DNA of 63,992 nucleotides, the filler included, from Craspedostauros australis (Eukaryota): the NCBI GenBank assembly GCA_030167865.1. It is 11 parts of 11 records of this genome, joined end to end, with 100 filler letters (N's around TTAATTAATTAA, not from the genome) between each part and the next. Parts side by side here need not be neighbours in the genome. Positions count along the whole stretch, not along the records: positions 30,260 to 35,448 come from JALAGF010006008.1; positions 35,549 to 41,178 come from JALAGF010006009.1; positions 41,279 to 43,635 come from JALAGF010006010.1; positions 43,736 to 51,598 come from JALAGF010006011.1; 7 more parts are not named here. One strand, 5' to 3'. Position 1 is the stretch's first letter, and each line of letters begins with the position of its first letter. A program made the position numbers and the translations under genes. Shown here one piece after another: positions 33,957 to 47,299 of this stretch. The notes under the pieces were generated by a model that did no database searches, was not told the origin of the DNA, and saw nothing but the letters and a program-made list of their open reading frames with translations.

Positions 33957-34485
33957 GACCCCATTCAGGATACGATAGTACATTCTTGCCGATTTTTACT
34001 TTGAGGGCCATTATCATCCTATTATGTTGTGGAGGGTATATGTGTGAAATATTAGACGCCTGGACCTTATAGTTAAAAAGTTTATATTTTTCGCATTAAT
34101 CTACGACTACAAACGAAAGGCATGCGGACGCAGAAGGGCACATTGTGTTGGGAATCACCAGTCGTGCTTCAGCTTGCTGTCCAGTCGTGCCCTTGATTGA
34201 CAGACTCACATTTCGCGTGGGCAAGGCGGTTGGGTGCGAAGAGATGTTGAGGATTGCGCGGTAGCAGTAGGCAAGGTGATGATGATGCATCATCTGGGCT
34301 GTGGATCAGTGGTCGAAATCCAGAGTTGTGGGTTGGTGGGTAATCCAGATCTTCACCCCCGCCTTGACTTTCACACTGCCTTGTTCTCGGTTCTGCTCCC
34401 GTTGATGCCCTGGGACGTTGAGCTTCGTCCATGTCTCAAGCAGCACACACTGCCTTCCCTCCATATGCACACTCTATCCCTTCAT
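33957..34485. mobile_element. TIR DNA element, copy 2 (one end), abutting the copia polyprotein
   Basis: Starts GACCCCATTCAGGATACGATAGTA, identical over 24 nt to the inverted terminus at 46874-46897. Confidence 0.72.
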
Positions 34486-35235
34486 NNNNNNNNGATAATT
34501 CTACTATTATATCGTATATCTCGACACCGTGTTAATTTTTGAACGCGTTTGTCCTACCACGGCCTACGTGAAAACTAAACTGGCACCATTGTTTACTAGT
34601 GCTATCGTCAGGAACCACTGAATTTTTGTTTTACCATACTTCATCACCTTCCATGGTATATAACCCAATGGTCTTTGCAGACATGGACTCTACACAAGCT
34701 GCAGATCCGTTTGACCCTCTTGGGAGTGTTTTCTTCTAGGCCAGTAATNNNNNNNNNNNNNNNNNNNNNNNNNNNNNNNNNNNNNNNNNNNNNNNNNNNN
34801 NNNNNNNGATTATCTGTCTGTGGTCTTTATACACACCCATGAACCTATCCTTGCTCAACACTGGTTGATTATTGTTCATCCTTATCCTTGTTCTTATCTC
34901 CTTTGGGATTCTCCTTGCCCTCCTTGTGCCACGGACTTTGCAGGTCCTCACTTTCAACACCAGTGCTTCCACCATTGCCAAGCCATATGATTTGTGATCC
35001 ATTCAATCCTCCTCCTCCACAAGGTGACTGTGTGTGATCCATGAGTTCACCCTCAGTATGTCAAGTAGGTGAAACATGATTGGCATCCATACCCTTCAAC
35101 ACCGCAGATTTGGTTGANNNNNNNNNNNNNNNNNNNNNNNNNNNNNNNNNNNNNNNNNNNNNNNNNNNNNNNNNNNNNNNNNNNNNNNNNNNNNNNNNNN
35201 NNNNNNNNNNNNNNNNNNNNNNNNNNNNNNNNNNA

Positions 35236-35448
35236 TTCCAGTCATCACCCCAGACAGTCTTCAGATGGTTCTTGTTCGTTGTGGTCTGTTGTGGTCAATG
35301 TCAATTCTTTGCGACTGTCTCATTTGCATAGTGGACTGTACTCACCATGAGCACCACATTGCTATCCACCCATCAAGTAATGACATACTTGTCACTCTCT
35401 GTCCAGATGTACAGAGAGTTGAAGCAATCATCTTCGATGTCCTTCATT
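35236..35448 (-). pseudogene. piggyBac-like transposase fragment
   Basis: Manual translation gives FNSLY..IT*WVDSNVVLMVSTVH..V.KN*H*PQQTTTNKNHLKTVWG, matching the WxDxxxVxxxSTxH motif of DDE_Tnp_1_7. Confidence 0.55.
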
Positions 35449-36367
35449 NNNNNNNNNNNNNNNNNNNNNNNNNNNNNNNNNNNNNNNNNNNNTTAATTAA
35501 TTAANNNNNNNNNNNNNNNNNNNNNNNNNNNNNNNNNNNNNNNNNNNNACTGTGCTGTGCCCTCGATCTCCAAATGATCGGCACTCCTTGTAGTAGGACG
35601 ATATGTCCTCTCATGCTGATGCGATTGTCCTTGTCACCACCGAATTCGTTGTTGGTGTAGATCACAACCTTTCATGCATCGTTCTCCAATGGACTTGGCT
35701 TCATCCGTAGTCCATATTCTTTNNNNNNNNNNNNGGCTTCATCCGTAGTCCATATTCTTTCCTGTGTCCGACATGCACTTCATGATCCTCAGAATTTCCT
35801 TGTATGCTGCGGCAGTTGTCTCCATCCAACACCTTGGTCAGTCCGTGCACTGCGTTGGCGATGTTGGGTTGCGAGTGCTTCATTTGATATAGCAGCATAC
35901 CTACTCCACTTCAGTATCTGCTGTGTTGGTCTCTGTCCTCCTTGGGCGAATCGCTATCCCTTGTTGGATGCCTTGCCCTGGTGTTCCTGGTGTACCATAC
36001 CATTGCAGTTTTATCACGTCGCGGTTGGATACGATCTCGCAGCTGATGTGGTCTTCCAGATCATCCTCCACCTTGATACCGAACCGCTCTGCTTTGATAT
36101 CTTCCATGAGTTTCTTCAACTCTTGTTCATCCTTGATGCATAGGCAGTCGTCGACATGGGTTCTGATCAATAGCAGTCTCCCTTCTTTGATTCCAAATCA
36201 GAAGGCATGGATCAACTCGGCTTGGTCCGAATCCCAATTCGAGTAGGATGTCAACCAGCTTCTTCCATTGTCTTGCCCTTTGCACGAGTCCGTTGATCGT
36301 CTTCTGGATGGTTGCCATGGTTGGTGCGGTATCGGGACCTCCTGATCCGCCATAGGTGTCGTCCTTG

Positions 36368-36608
36368 TGTTACTGGAGGACAGGCTATCCTCCTCGCGGT
36401 AGTACAGGTGTTAATCACGTCCGTACCCTTAGTCATAGTCATAATGACATGGCATATAAAGGTGTGACAAATAGTCTCCGAACATGTGACGAATAGNNNN
36501 NNNNNNNNNNNNNNNNNNNNNNNNNNNNNNNNNNNNNNNNNNNNNNTAATGTTGGGAGGTGCGGCAATCACGGGTATTCCGACAAAGTCGTACCCTCGAT
36601 TCCTAACA
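36368..36608. mobile_element. LTR-like insertion (TGTTA...TAACA) inside the copia RT
   Basis: 5-bp terminal inverted repeat. Removing it restores the host frame GMEHKDDT. Contains an N gap. Confidence 0.55.
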
Positions 36609-39600
36609 TGCTCCATGCCCTTCCGGCAAAAGCATGTAGACCTCCTCTTCGAGATGTCCATGTAGAAATTCTGTCTCAAGGTTGATAGTGGTGCTGTCCA
36701 ATGTTCAGTAGCATCTTCATTGTGAGCATTCTGCGGTAGGTTGCNTCATGNATCATGGGTGTGTTGCGTTGAGGAGTCGACTCCTGCGATCTGTGAGTAT
36801 CCGCATGCAATGAGTCTGGCGATGAATACGCTGTTCCTCTTCTCCTTGAATACCCCCTTTTTCTTCACGCATCGCCGATCTCTCGGCATCTCACTCTTCT
36901 TGATCTTCTGCCAGACTCCTTGTCTGACCATAGCGTAGAACTCCTTGTTGATGGTCTCCTGCCATTTCTTTCGTTTCGCTGGATCCGCATGATCCCAGCA
37001 TTCTTCGAATGTAGTGGGGTCCAGCATCATAGCCATGTATGCATGCTCGGACGTCTCATCCCTTCTCTCGTGGTTGCTGGGGTCTTCTCAGATACCTCAG
37101 CCGACTCACCATCTCCACTGCTTGAATCTGAGTAGGAGTGGTGTTCTGGCGTGTTGTTGTGCGGTGCCAAGCCGCGTATCATCCGTGGCATCCTCGCCAC
37201 TGGTCTCATGGGATAGTACTCGAGGTCCGTGCCTTCAGCAGGTTGCCTCCGAGTCACTCGTACTTCGTCCCTTCCGCTAGTCAGGATCCACATGATCCTA
37301 TCATTCCTTAGGCGCATATAGACTCGGCATCATTCCAGTGTTGATGTGCACGAATCTCTCTCGCCGTCGCGTTCGCTCTCAACATCATGACTCGCAGCGA
37401 TGAAGTCGATCACTCTCATCCTTCATTGGATAGCATCGATCCTCGTGCCTGCGACGTTCTTGTTGATGATTGACCCGTCTGTTTCGAAGTTGGGTCCGTC
37501 TGTTGCCACTGGAGCGGTCATTGTCTCCTGTGCAGTTGCGTAGCCATCGTCATCTCCTGATTCTGATGCTTCATTCGTCACCCTCGTTGGGTATTGGTAC
37601 ATTGTGGTCAGCTGCCAGCTCTGTCGTCGTGTTGCCTTGCAACCATGTTGTCGATCGCCTTCATCCTCTTCTGGATAGCATCGATTCATCATGCTGCAGC
37701 TTCTTTGTCATGGGAGTTGTTGGTGGCCTCCTGCCATTCATCCTTCATTCATCTGAGGTTCCTCCCTTCCGGCTCTGTCATTGGATTCTTCATCCGACAT
37801 GCCCGCGTTTCTCATTGCTTGTGTATCGACGTATCTTGACTCACTGTATCTAGAGTCTGCCTTCCGTGGCTTTTGGTCTCATAGCTTGGTCCTCTCCAGA
37901 TCCGAGTCTCTCTCGTCGATTTCATTCTCATCGCACACCGATTTCATATCTGTGCTTGTGGTATCTCGCCAATCATTCGGCGTCCGGTTCCTCTTGATCA
38001 TCTACCATGCTCATGCTGTGGCCATATTACTGAACCGTTCTATCATGGCCTCCCGCCATTCATTGCTCTTCTCGGGATCCACATGACCCCGTCATTTGTT
38101 AATTGTGGTTGGATCCAGCATCATTGCGACATTTGGTTGCTCGGATCCCTCTTTGTTCTGTTGATAGTTCAATGCTTGGTTCGCAGTGATGAAGTCACCC
38201 AAGCTCATCCTCTCATGAGTGGTGCCAATCATCATGCCTGCGATATCTCTGTTGAATGTTGACCCTTCTGTGTGAATGTTGGGTCCTCCTGTCGCCGGTA
38301 GTGTGGTAGTCGTCTCTTGAGTGGTCTCATAACCCTCATCATCCTTCTGATTCTGATTCTCCACTTGATCCAAGTTCTCGCTCCTCCTTTGGATGGGTGT
38401 ATTATTGTACCCCGCGAGAGCACTTAGCATCCTCGGCATGCGCGCAACAGGTTCTGCGATTGGGACCGTGCTTGGTTCGTCTTCGACCATATCGTCTCGT
38501 CCCGTCTCATCGTCCCTTCCGGATTCATCGCCGTCGTCATCGTACGATTCATCATCCCCTTGGGTAGGGAGCAAGTCATCTTGCCCGCGAGCAGCGTCTT
38601 CTGTATCTATATCTTCTCCGGCTCTTCTGCTCTGATCAGCGTCGTCGGTCTCCATGCTTCGGATGGTATCCGATCGTCGCTCCCAAGTCACTCTTCTATC
38701 TGGGGAACCGTCCCCTGATGTAGAGTCGTCATCTCCCAGGTCTATCAGTACTGACCTGTTGGCATTCTTAATACTCTCGAATCGCCCATATGACTTATCC
38801 GCCCATATCATGTCTCTCATGGTTAGGATTCTGGTCGTTGCCAGGTTCACTCGTGCGGTCCATACCGCTTGCTTGCAACTCATGTATCCAATCAGCATCT
38901 GTTGGATCAGATTGAGGTTGCTGTTCTTCAGCATGTCGCTAATTGCGTACGCGTTGCGAGCCACATCCAGTGTGCTCCGCACGCCAATCTCATGCATCAT
39001 CTAGTGCAACGCGCGTGTGTACACGCACCTGCACAGTCAACTTTCGAAGTCATCGATCGCATCATAGTAGATCGTCGAAGACTCGAAGTGCACATCGTTG
39101 GCNNNNNNNNNNNNNNNNNNNNNNNNNNNNNNNNNNNNNNNNNNNNNNNNNNGTTCTCCAGCATGTCGTTGATTGCGTACGCGTTGCGAGCCACATCGAG
39201 TGTGCTCCGCACACCAATCTCATGCATCATCTAGTGCAACGCGCGTGAGTGCACGCACCTGCACGGTCAGCTTTCGAAGTCATCGATCGCATCATAGTAG
39301 ATCGTCGAAGACTCGAAGTGCACATCGTTGGCAAGCATCATGTTGCTCAACGGATATCGAACCGAGAGGCAGATCGGATCTGCATCCATGAGCAGTCCTC
39401 TGCACTCCTCCCTTTCCGCTTCGGTCCGTGGGATCGCTCCTCTTGGACCGTCCGGAATCTGAATAGAGAATGGGATCTCTGGGTAGTCTATGCGCCATGC
39501 ATTCGATGGTCCGCGCTTAGAGCGACGGACACCATGTGTATTATTCATGTCCCAGTGCGACGCCTCATCGATCTTCCTGTCGGGGAAGCTCCGAATTTGG

Positions 39601-39974
39601 GTGAGATTCTGTACCGGCACTTGGATGGCGCGGTCAATCTCCTCGTCCGCGTTCACTCCATTCAATTCCATTTCAATCTCGTCTGCGCCCACTTCACTTG
39701 ATACGCCTTCGTAGTACTTGGCATCCTCCTCGTTGTCNNNNNNNNNNNNNNNNNNNNNNNNNNNNNNNNNNNNNNNNNNNTCTCGGTTGATCAACTCTTC
39801 GTGGTCGATCGTAGATCCGTAGTAGCCATGCACTCCCGAAGTGTACTCGGCTGTCTCCTCCCTGGTCCACTCATAGTCGTTGAATGGTGTTCCGCTGTCA
39901 AAGTCGGAGACATCATCATTGTCAGTTGTCACGAGTATCCATCGTTTAGTTTCCCGTGGTCACATTATTATTTT

Positions 39975-40200
39975 GTTGTTCGCGATTTCGGTGATGACCA
40001 CGAATTTCGCGTTGGTCATCGCGCATCATCGCGTGGTTTCTGATGATCACATTTTTGATTTGCTGTTCGCGATTTCGGTGGTGACCACGAATTACGTGCT
40101 GGTCACATTTTTGATGTCGACCGCGTCTTTGTTGTTCGCGATTTCGGTGGTGACCACAAATTACGTGTTGGTCATATTTTTGATGTCGACCGCGTTTTTG
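39975..40200. repeat. Three imperfect tandem units containing GTTCGCGATTTCGGTG
   Basis: Units start near 39977, 40064 and 40133 and read HHRNREQQ in one minus-strand frame. Confidence 0.8.
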
Positions 40201-41278
40201 TTGATGGCCGCACACATCAACTCGTCAATGATGAGAGCGATGTCATCCATCCTGTCAATCGCGACGTTGGTCGACTCAGCCTCCTGCATCGCAGCCTTTG
40301 TTTGTCATCGCGGTTGCTCTGCCTCTTGGCATCACCGCTATTCTTGCCTTTGCCTTTCATTGTTGGCAAACGCTGATCCGTCATCTCACTGTCGTGGGCA
40401 TCGCGGTGAGGACAGTTGGTCACAAACCGATCGATCCTTAGTCAGCGTCATCTCTCTCTCACTGTTGTTGCCTCGTGCGCGCTTATAACCGTTTTTGATA
40501 CGGTGGCGGTCGTAGATGAGGCTCACAGCTTCGTGGATGTCTTGAATCATCATCGTGATTGATGGCGAGGATACCTCCTGTTCCTCGTCTTTCGTCTTGA
40601 GCCTGGGAATTAAGCGCAGCGGAACCTCCTGTCCAGCTTGTTGCAGCGCTGTCCCTTCTCATCGAAGCACACACTGCCTGTGTTGCTATTTTCATTGTTG
40701 TCGCCACTTCATGGCTGGTAGGTTACATCCTTACCTCCGCGATCATATCGCAGCAGTATTCGCAGCCAGCACTCGAACCTGTATCACACGATGGCCAACA
40801 GCGCCATGTGATCATCTCGGTGCTTCCATTGCTGCTCCTCGATTGCATCTCGTTGAGCTCCTTCAGCTATCTCGCCTTCATGGCGCAGTCTGCTGAGTCT
40901 GATGCGTCCGAGAGCGTGGTCAGCTGCGTTCGAATCTCTTCTTGCGTGCAGCTTGCTCTCGTGCTCCAACCTAGCCGTGAAGGTCTCCGTGCCTTCCTCG
41001 ACTTCATGGTCCCATGACCATGGACAGTTCTTCCAATGCGTGTGTCGAGCGCCTCCTTGCTTCCAGTAGTACATGCTGTGCTTGCGCTTACCTCAGCTGC
41101 GGTCTCCACTCTGCTGGTGGACTTGCGGGGGCGCTCGATTCGATCATCATCATCATCTCGACGTCGTCGCTCGTGTGGNNNNNNNNNNNNNNNNNNNNNN
41201 NNNNNNNNNNNNNNNNNNNNNNTTAATTAATTAANNNNNNNNNNNNNNNNNNNNNNNNNNNNNNNNNNNNNNNNNNNN

Positions 41279-43635
41279 CATTCGATGCAAGTTCACAGCG
41301 CTCACCTCCTTGGATGGGCTCTTGATGATGGCTGTGGAAGCCTTGTCATCCTCAGTTGGCATAATGGGATGCATCTGCACTCCTGTGATGAATCTGTTGG
41401 ATGTTGGGAAGATGCGATCGAAGATGATCTTCTTCCCAGCTCTGTTGACGATGTCCATCAGAATGCCATTGTTTCCAATCTGGTAACTGTTGTATAGTGC
41501 CTTGTTTGTAGAGAAAAGGTTCACCACCATCTTGGGTGNGTACTTCACATTATTGAGCTGGATAATGTGGCAAGTGTTGTCATGTTGCTTGACCTTCAAG
41601 CGGATGGATCCGATCTTGGGAGAGTCCAGCTTTGTGCTGTCTCCCACTTGGACGAAGGACTTGATGTGCCGCACGTTGAAGAGGCCGGCGTCTGAGTTCA
41701 CGATGTGACACAAGGCTCCGCTGTCGGCAAGCCAGGTATTCTTGTTGACCTTGTCCTTGCATTTGGCGCTCAGCTCGTGAAGCTGTTCCATGGGAGCTGC
41801 TGCCATGTCGTCGTCGTGATCTTCTTCGTTCCCGTCGTCCATCCTGTGGTAGTCCATGCCGTCGTAGTACGGTTCTCTGACTGCTGGAGTCATGTCTTCT
41901 AGGTGAGTTCCTGTCACCGAATCGTATGGCGTGACTTGTGGTCGCTCGCGCAGGAGTACTTGCATACATCCTCCAAGGACGTAGTGCAATTCCGTCTCTG
42001 GAATGAGCTCGTCTTTCCTCCAACAGCCGCTTGAGGATCACTGTGTTGGCGAGAATCTCTTCGATTGATCGGAAATTGTCGGACAGTATGGTGCCAATCA
42101 CGCGCACCCATATGTGTTGCAGTCCCCTGTTGATCATCCCTGGGAAGAGCCGCATGCCTGCTACCATCACGGCGTCGTGGATGAGCTGTCGTTGCATTGT
42201 CTCTACTGCCAATGTAGGATATGGGATCGTATCATGCCTGTGTATGGTGTTGAAGCCTCTGGCGTTCTGGACTGGTGGGAACGAGATGTCTGTTGGATAG
42301 ATGACTCTCTTGTTTGGATTGAATCTGTCCACTTCTTGTTCTGATTCATCACTGCTGTCTTCATGGAAGATACCCATTCTGTTGTTCCTTGCCACTGGAG
42401 GAGGCGGCGCCACACCGCCGTTTGTCTTGTCGCCAGAGACGTCTTCGTTGTCTTGATCCGCGCTGTTCTCGTTGGTGTCGGCATCGTCTGCATTCGCGGC
42501 CGCTTCCAACTCAATGGCGATGGTCTCTGCTCCCATCTCAGCTGCGTCGCCGGACAGATCAATGATGTCGTTCACATTGAAGCAGTACTTGTAGCTGACT
42601 TCGCGACGTCGGTCGACTTCATGGATGATTGGCTCGTCGCTGAGCCACGCTGGCACGACCTCGTCGTCGTGTACTTCGTCATCGTTTTCGAAGTGTTGGA
42701 AGTGATCGAAGAATGAATCCTTGATGTCGTCGGATACCTCCAAGCAGAGCATCATGTCCAGTATAGAGAGCATCATCTCATGGCCGCTCTTCTCATGTCT
42801 TTCCTTCGCTGTGTTGGCCTGCTTGTTGGCCTTCTTCTTTTTGTTGAACTTCTTCTTTCGGCACTCTACCTCGCGATGTCCGATGATGCTGCAGTAGTGG
42901 CACTTTCCGTTGAATCTGCTTCCCTTGCCTTTATTGTTTCGGTTTCCGTTCTTTCTGTTGTTGTTGGCGTTTTTCTTGTTGTTTGCCTTCTTCCGTTCGG
43001 GACAAATCGCAGATCGATGACCATACACACCACAGTTGTGTCAGATTCCCTTGAAGTTGCCGGTGCTCGCAAAGCCAGCGTCGTTAGTCTTCATGCTGCT
43101 GTCTTGAAATTTGTCGATGTAGGCCTTCCCTCCTTGGTTGGTTGTGTATGATGTGCGAAGCAGTGCTCTGATTGTGTTGATTGTGACAACAGTTGGGTTG
43201 AATGTGAGTTGATGTTTGAAGTTGATGACTTGTGCTTTGTACTCGGCACTCACTGTGCTGAGGATCTGCATAATCATTTCCTTGTTGCTGATCTTGTGCC
43301 CGACGTCTTGAAGGCAGGAGCGCAGTAGCTTGAGCTATGCAATGTAGACATCTAGATCAGTGTCCTTCTTCATCTTCTTGTTGTTGAACTGCCTCTTGAG
43401 CTTGATCTTGGTGGCGGCATCGGACGGCTTGTACTTCTCCGTGAGAAGTTTCCACACCTCGTGTGGGTTCCCCTCAGGGAATATGTTGGAGATGCATTGG
43501 TTGTTGTATTGGATGGCTTGCTTGCCTGTACCCTTCTCTGCATCCATCATAAGGATCAGATTGCTGAAGCAGTTGGCTGCCAGCTCGTAGGGCTCCTCCA
43601 ATACTTCCTTGTCTGCTTCTGTGGCAGCTCCGATT
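41279..43635 (-). mobile_element. Degenerate copia gag-protease, same family as 24657-30159
   Basis: CFSNLILMMDAEKGTGKQAIQ vs CFSDLILMMDAEQGTGKQAIQ; WLADSGALCHIVNSD. Stops and frameshifts present. Confidence 0.92.
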
Positions 43636-43735
43636 NNNNNNNNNNNNNNNNNNNNNNNNNNNNNNNNNNNNNNNNNNNNTTAATTAATTAANNNNNNNNN
43701 NNNNNNNNNNNNNNNNNNNNNNNNNNNNNNNNNNN

Positions 43736-45820
43736 GTCGAAGGTCAATGAAGTTGTTCTGGATGTCTGAGATCGTTTCGGCGGACAGAACAGGCATTCTG
43801 AAGGCGGTCCTTGAAGATGGAGCGATGGTGGAAGCCAGTGAAGTGAACGTGCCTAGAGTTGGGCGGCTCAAGTAAGCGTATTGGGCAACATGGAGGTCCA
43901 AGCTCAAGGAGATGCTGGGTCGGAATAGCGTGCTTCAGGATCGTTTACGGCTGGGCAAGTGGAGCAAGNCAGGCAGTGCAACCTCCATGAGGTAGAATGA
44001 GCAAACTGGGAGGCTTCAGGTCCATGGCGATGGATGGATGGAATGGAGGGAGGTTCCAATGAAGTCAAGAAGGAAGCTGCTTTGGCAAGTGCCGGGAGTG
44101 GTGGGAAATGGAGAAGGGTCCCTTTGGATAGCTACAAGCAAGGAGATGGCATACTGATGCTGACAGTTGGCGAATGGGATGATACCGTGGTGGCAGATAC
44201 CCAGGGGATGGAGAATGTCTGGGAAGGTCTTGGCAAGGCCAAGTCGTGGGCTGTGAAACACATCAGATGCGAGGTCGACTGGAGAGATATGGCCCAGAGT
44301 ATACAAGAAGAGACAGCAGTTGGCAGAAGTGACAGGTCTGCCAGAAATGGCAAGGGAATGGTGGCATGGGCGATGACCACTAATGAGACTCTGAAGGTGA
44401 CAGTGTTTAGAACCTTTGAGGCTCCATGGAGGGAGGACCTGACATCGTCCCAGCAAGTAGAGTTGGCAGGAATCTACAGTGCGCCGATGACGGTTCAGGA
44501 AATGGAGGAGAGGTTTGGAATACAAGGCAGACGGGGGCGCTGAAGCTGTGACAACCTGTAAGCCCTGAAGGTGCTGGAGTGGGTACATGAACCGGATCTG
44601 GCGAGTCCTGGTCACGACATGATGGTGGCTGCCATGAGGGTCCAAAGCCAGCTGAGTACAACGTTTGTGGGATGACACGCGTGTGGGCATCAGGACAAGC
44701 ACAAGAAGCCTGACGAACTTGATGTGTGGGAGCGTATGAATGTCATTACGGACCGGATCGCAGTACAGCGATGACGAATGCTCGAAGAGGGCGATGCGTG
44801 AAGCTCTCACCAGAACACAGGGACGTGATCATGGCACATTGCAAGACAAGGCATTCGCAGGTCGAGCATCACATATGTCAGTGTCGTTGGAGATGTGGTG
44901 GAGGCGGACATGGCGAGGGTTAGGTGGGAGCGAGGCATGAAGGTGATTGGTGGTGATGCCAACAAAAGCGCGCAACAACAGGTGGCAGGCGAGCTCACCA
45001 ATACACAGAGGGTGCTCACCATGGACCTCACAATACAGGAGGTGGCTGTGGGAATGCAGATGGTTTGGTAGAAGGCAAGGACGAGTGACAGCTGCCCCAG
45101 GTGCGGCAAGATGGAAACTCATGGCCACTTCTGGGTCTGCTGCTCACCGGAATCGATGGCGTTTTGGAAAGTGCAGCGGAAACGGCTGAGGAGCACGATG
45201 CAGAAGATGCCAACTCATCCTGCCATTGCGAAAATACAGTTGAGCAATGTCAACCAAGTGTTGAGAGGGCTGGGACCTGTTGGACGCATATGCACAAACT
45301 GGGCTGAGGCAAAGCTGATGGACAATCAACAGGAGGCAGGATGGGATTGGCTGGTCACAGGCGTGATCGTGGGGTCATGGACCGAGTTACAGGAGCAGTA
45401 CTACGCGCAAATCGGTCGGAGGCTGTCCACAGCAAGGTGGGCGGCACGGATCGTGTGCAAGCTCTGGAAGGTGGCATGGGAGCATTGGCACCAACGCAAT
45501 CAGGCGATGCATCGCACTGATGAGGGGCCAGAGGCTCACATGAGGCAGGTGTTGCGAGACTACAGCTCAACCCTGCAAGACGCAGTGCAACTACGAGGGG
45601 CAAGCATGGTTATGTGGGCCTGACTACAGCTGTCAGGCAAAGGAGCCACAGATATGGGAACGGTCGCAATATGGTTTGGACAAGTGCACCGAGTGCTGCA
45701 GATACCAGGCAATAAAGTTACTGTTGAAGTCCAAACTTGGCTCCGCCGATGGCGGTAGCTGGCCATCGTGAACGAGGCTGTCCCTGAATTTCCCTGCATG
45801 AGTACGCAAATACATACACC
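43736..45820 (+). mobile_element. Degenerate non-LTR (LINE-like) retrotransposon 3' region with RNase H-like remnant and CCHC finger
   Basis: LDVWERMNVITDRIA, CPRCGKMETHGHFWVC, QQEAGWDWLVTG..W..LQEQYY, LWKVAWEHWHQRN. Frames are broken. Confidence 0.72.
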
Positions 45821-46019
45821 TTACATATTACCAGAGAGCCACGAATAGTGGAGAGCAGGATAGGTGGAGGCCGTCGTGATCCCCTGAGCGTGCATACATA
45901 TTGACTTGATAGCCGTTCTGCCTCGTGCCCTCCACGAGATAAAAGCGGGTGGCATAAAAAAGTCTACGGCGCAGGCTGGGCACACACTAATAAACTTAAT
46001 CCATGGGTTATATATATAG

Positions 46020-46897
46020 TGCAATGAAGCACAGTGACTTATCCTTTGGTATGAAAAATATATTTTATTGAACACTTAGGTTTGTTTGTAAATACAAAGT
46101 CCTGCTGAACCTGCTTTGCTCTCATGGACATGGGATGCCATGGCCATCTACTGAGCCGTTGGCATGGTGTGGAAAGAGACTGGTGGCGGCAGTGGTTTTA
46201 CTTGTTGTTTCTGGTGTTGTNNNNNNNNNNNNNNNNNNNNNNNNNNNNNNNNNNNNNNNNNNNNNNNNNNNNNNNNNNNNNNNNNNNNNNNNNNNNNNNN
46301 NNNNNNNNNNNNNNNNNNNNNNNNNNNNNNNNNNNNNNNNNNNNNNNNNNNNNNNNNNNNNNNNNNNNNNNNNNNNNNNNNAGTGGGTACATGGAGGGAA
46401 GGCAATGTGTGCTGAATGGGACGTGGACGAAGCTCAACCTGTTGGGCCATGAACGGTGGCAGAACTGAGAACAAGGCAGTGTGACAGTCTTGGTGGGGGT
46501 CAGGCTTTGGATTACACACCAACCCACAACTCTGGATCTCGACAACTGATCCACNNCCCAGATAAAGCAGCAACTTCAGCATGCCTACTGCCACTGCCCA
46601 ATCCTCGACATTGTTTCGCAACAACCCGCCTCACCCACGCGAAATGTGAGTGTGTCGATGAAGGACACGACTGGACATTGGTCGAAGCACGACTGAGAAT
46701 TTCGAATCCAAGTTGCCCCTTTACGTTCGCATGCCTCACGTGTTTAGTCGTAGACTAATGCGAAAAATATAAACTTTATAACTACAAGGCCCAGAAGCTC
46801 GTAACTTAACCCATATACTATCTACAACATAATAGGATTATTTAAGTAAAAATATTAAAAATCCGCATTTGTATACTATCGTATCCTGAATGGGGTC
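46020..46897. mobile_element. TIR DNA element, copy 3 (inverted relative to copies 1 and 2)
   Basis: Ends TACTATCGTATCCTGAATGGGGTC. 46020-46220 matches about 3870-4070 inverted; 46382-46897 matches copies 1 and 2. Confidence 0.75.
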
Positions 46898-47299
46898 CTA
46901 TGCTAGCGCGGAAAGCGAGCCCGAGGCGCTCACAACATCGTGCCAAAACTCGACACCCAAGTGATCGACACCCGTGGCGAGGAAGAGGGTGAGAACTATC
47001 TTTGCGTTGCCACCGCCACTGTGGCAGAGCGAATTTCTATCCTGGTCTCGCCACTCCGCAGACATGGGCATGGCTTGATGACATCCGCAGCGACATGGAT
47101 ATGGACATGCATATGGACAGAAGGGCAGCCTCCAACCTGATGCAGCGCGGCACAGCGCAACAGCGCGGTTGCAAACGATGTATCCCAAGCGGTCCATAAA
47201 TCCAACGATCATCGAAAGTGGGGGAGGACGACAGAGCAATACTTACAATTCCACATCGCACCATATCATACATCACCCCATCCTGTTGCACAGACCACG

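Larger units (their letters stand above)
35549..41178 (-). mobile_element. Heavily degenerate copia retrotransposon(s): gag-like, linker and RT remnants
   Basis: ARLIACGYSQIAGVD, VDPCL, THVDDCLC, KHSQPNIANAVHGLTKVLDG. Many stops and frameshifts. The linker segment occurs twice (about 37000-37600 and 38090-38460). Confidence 0.82.
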
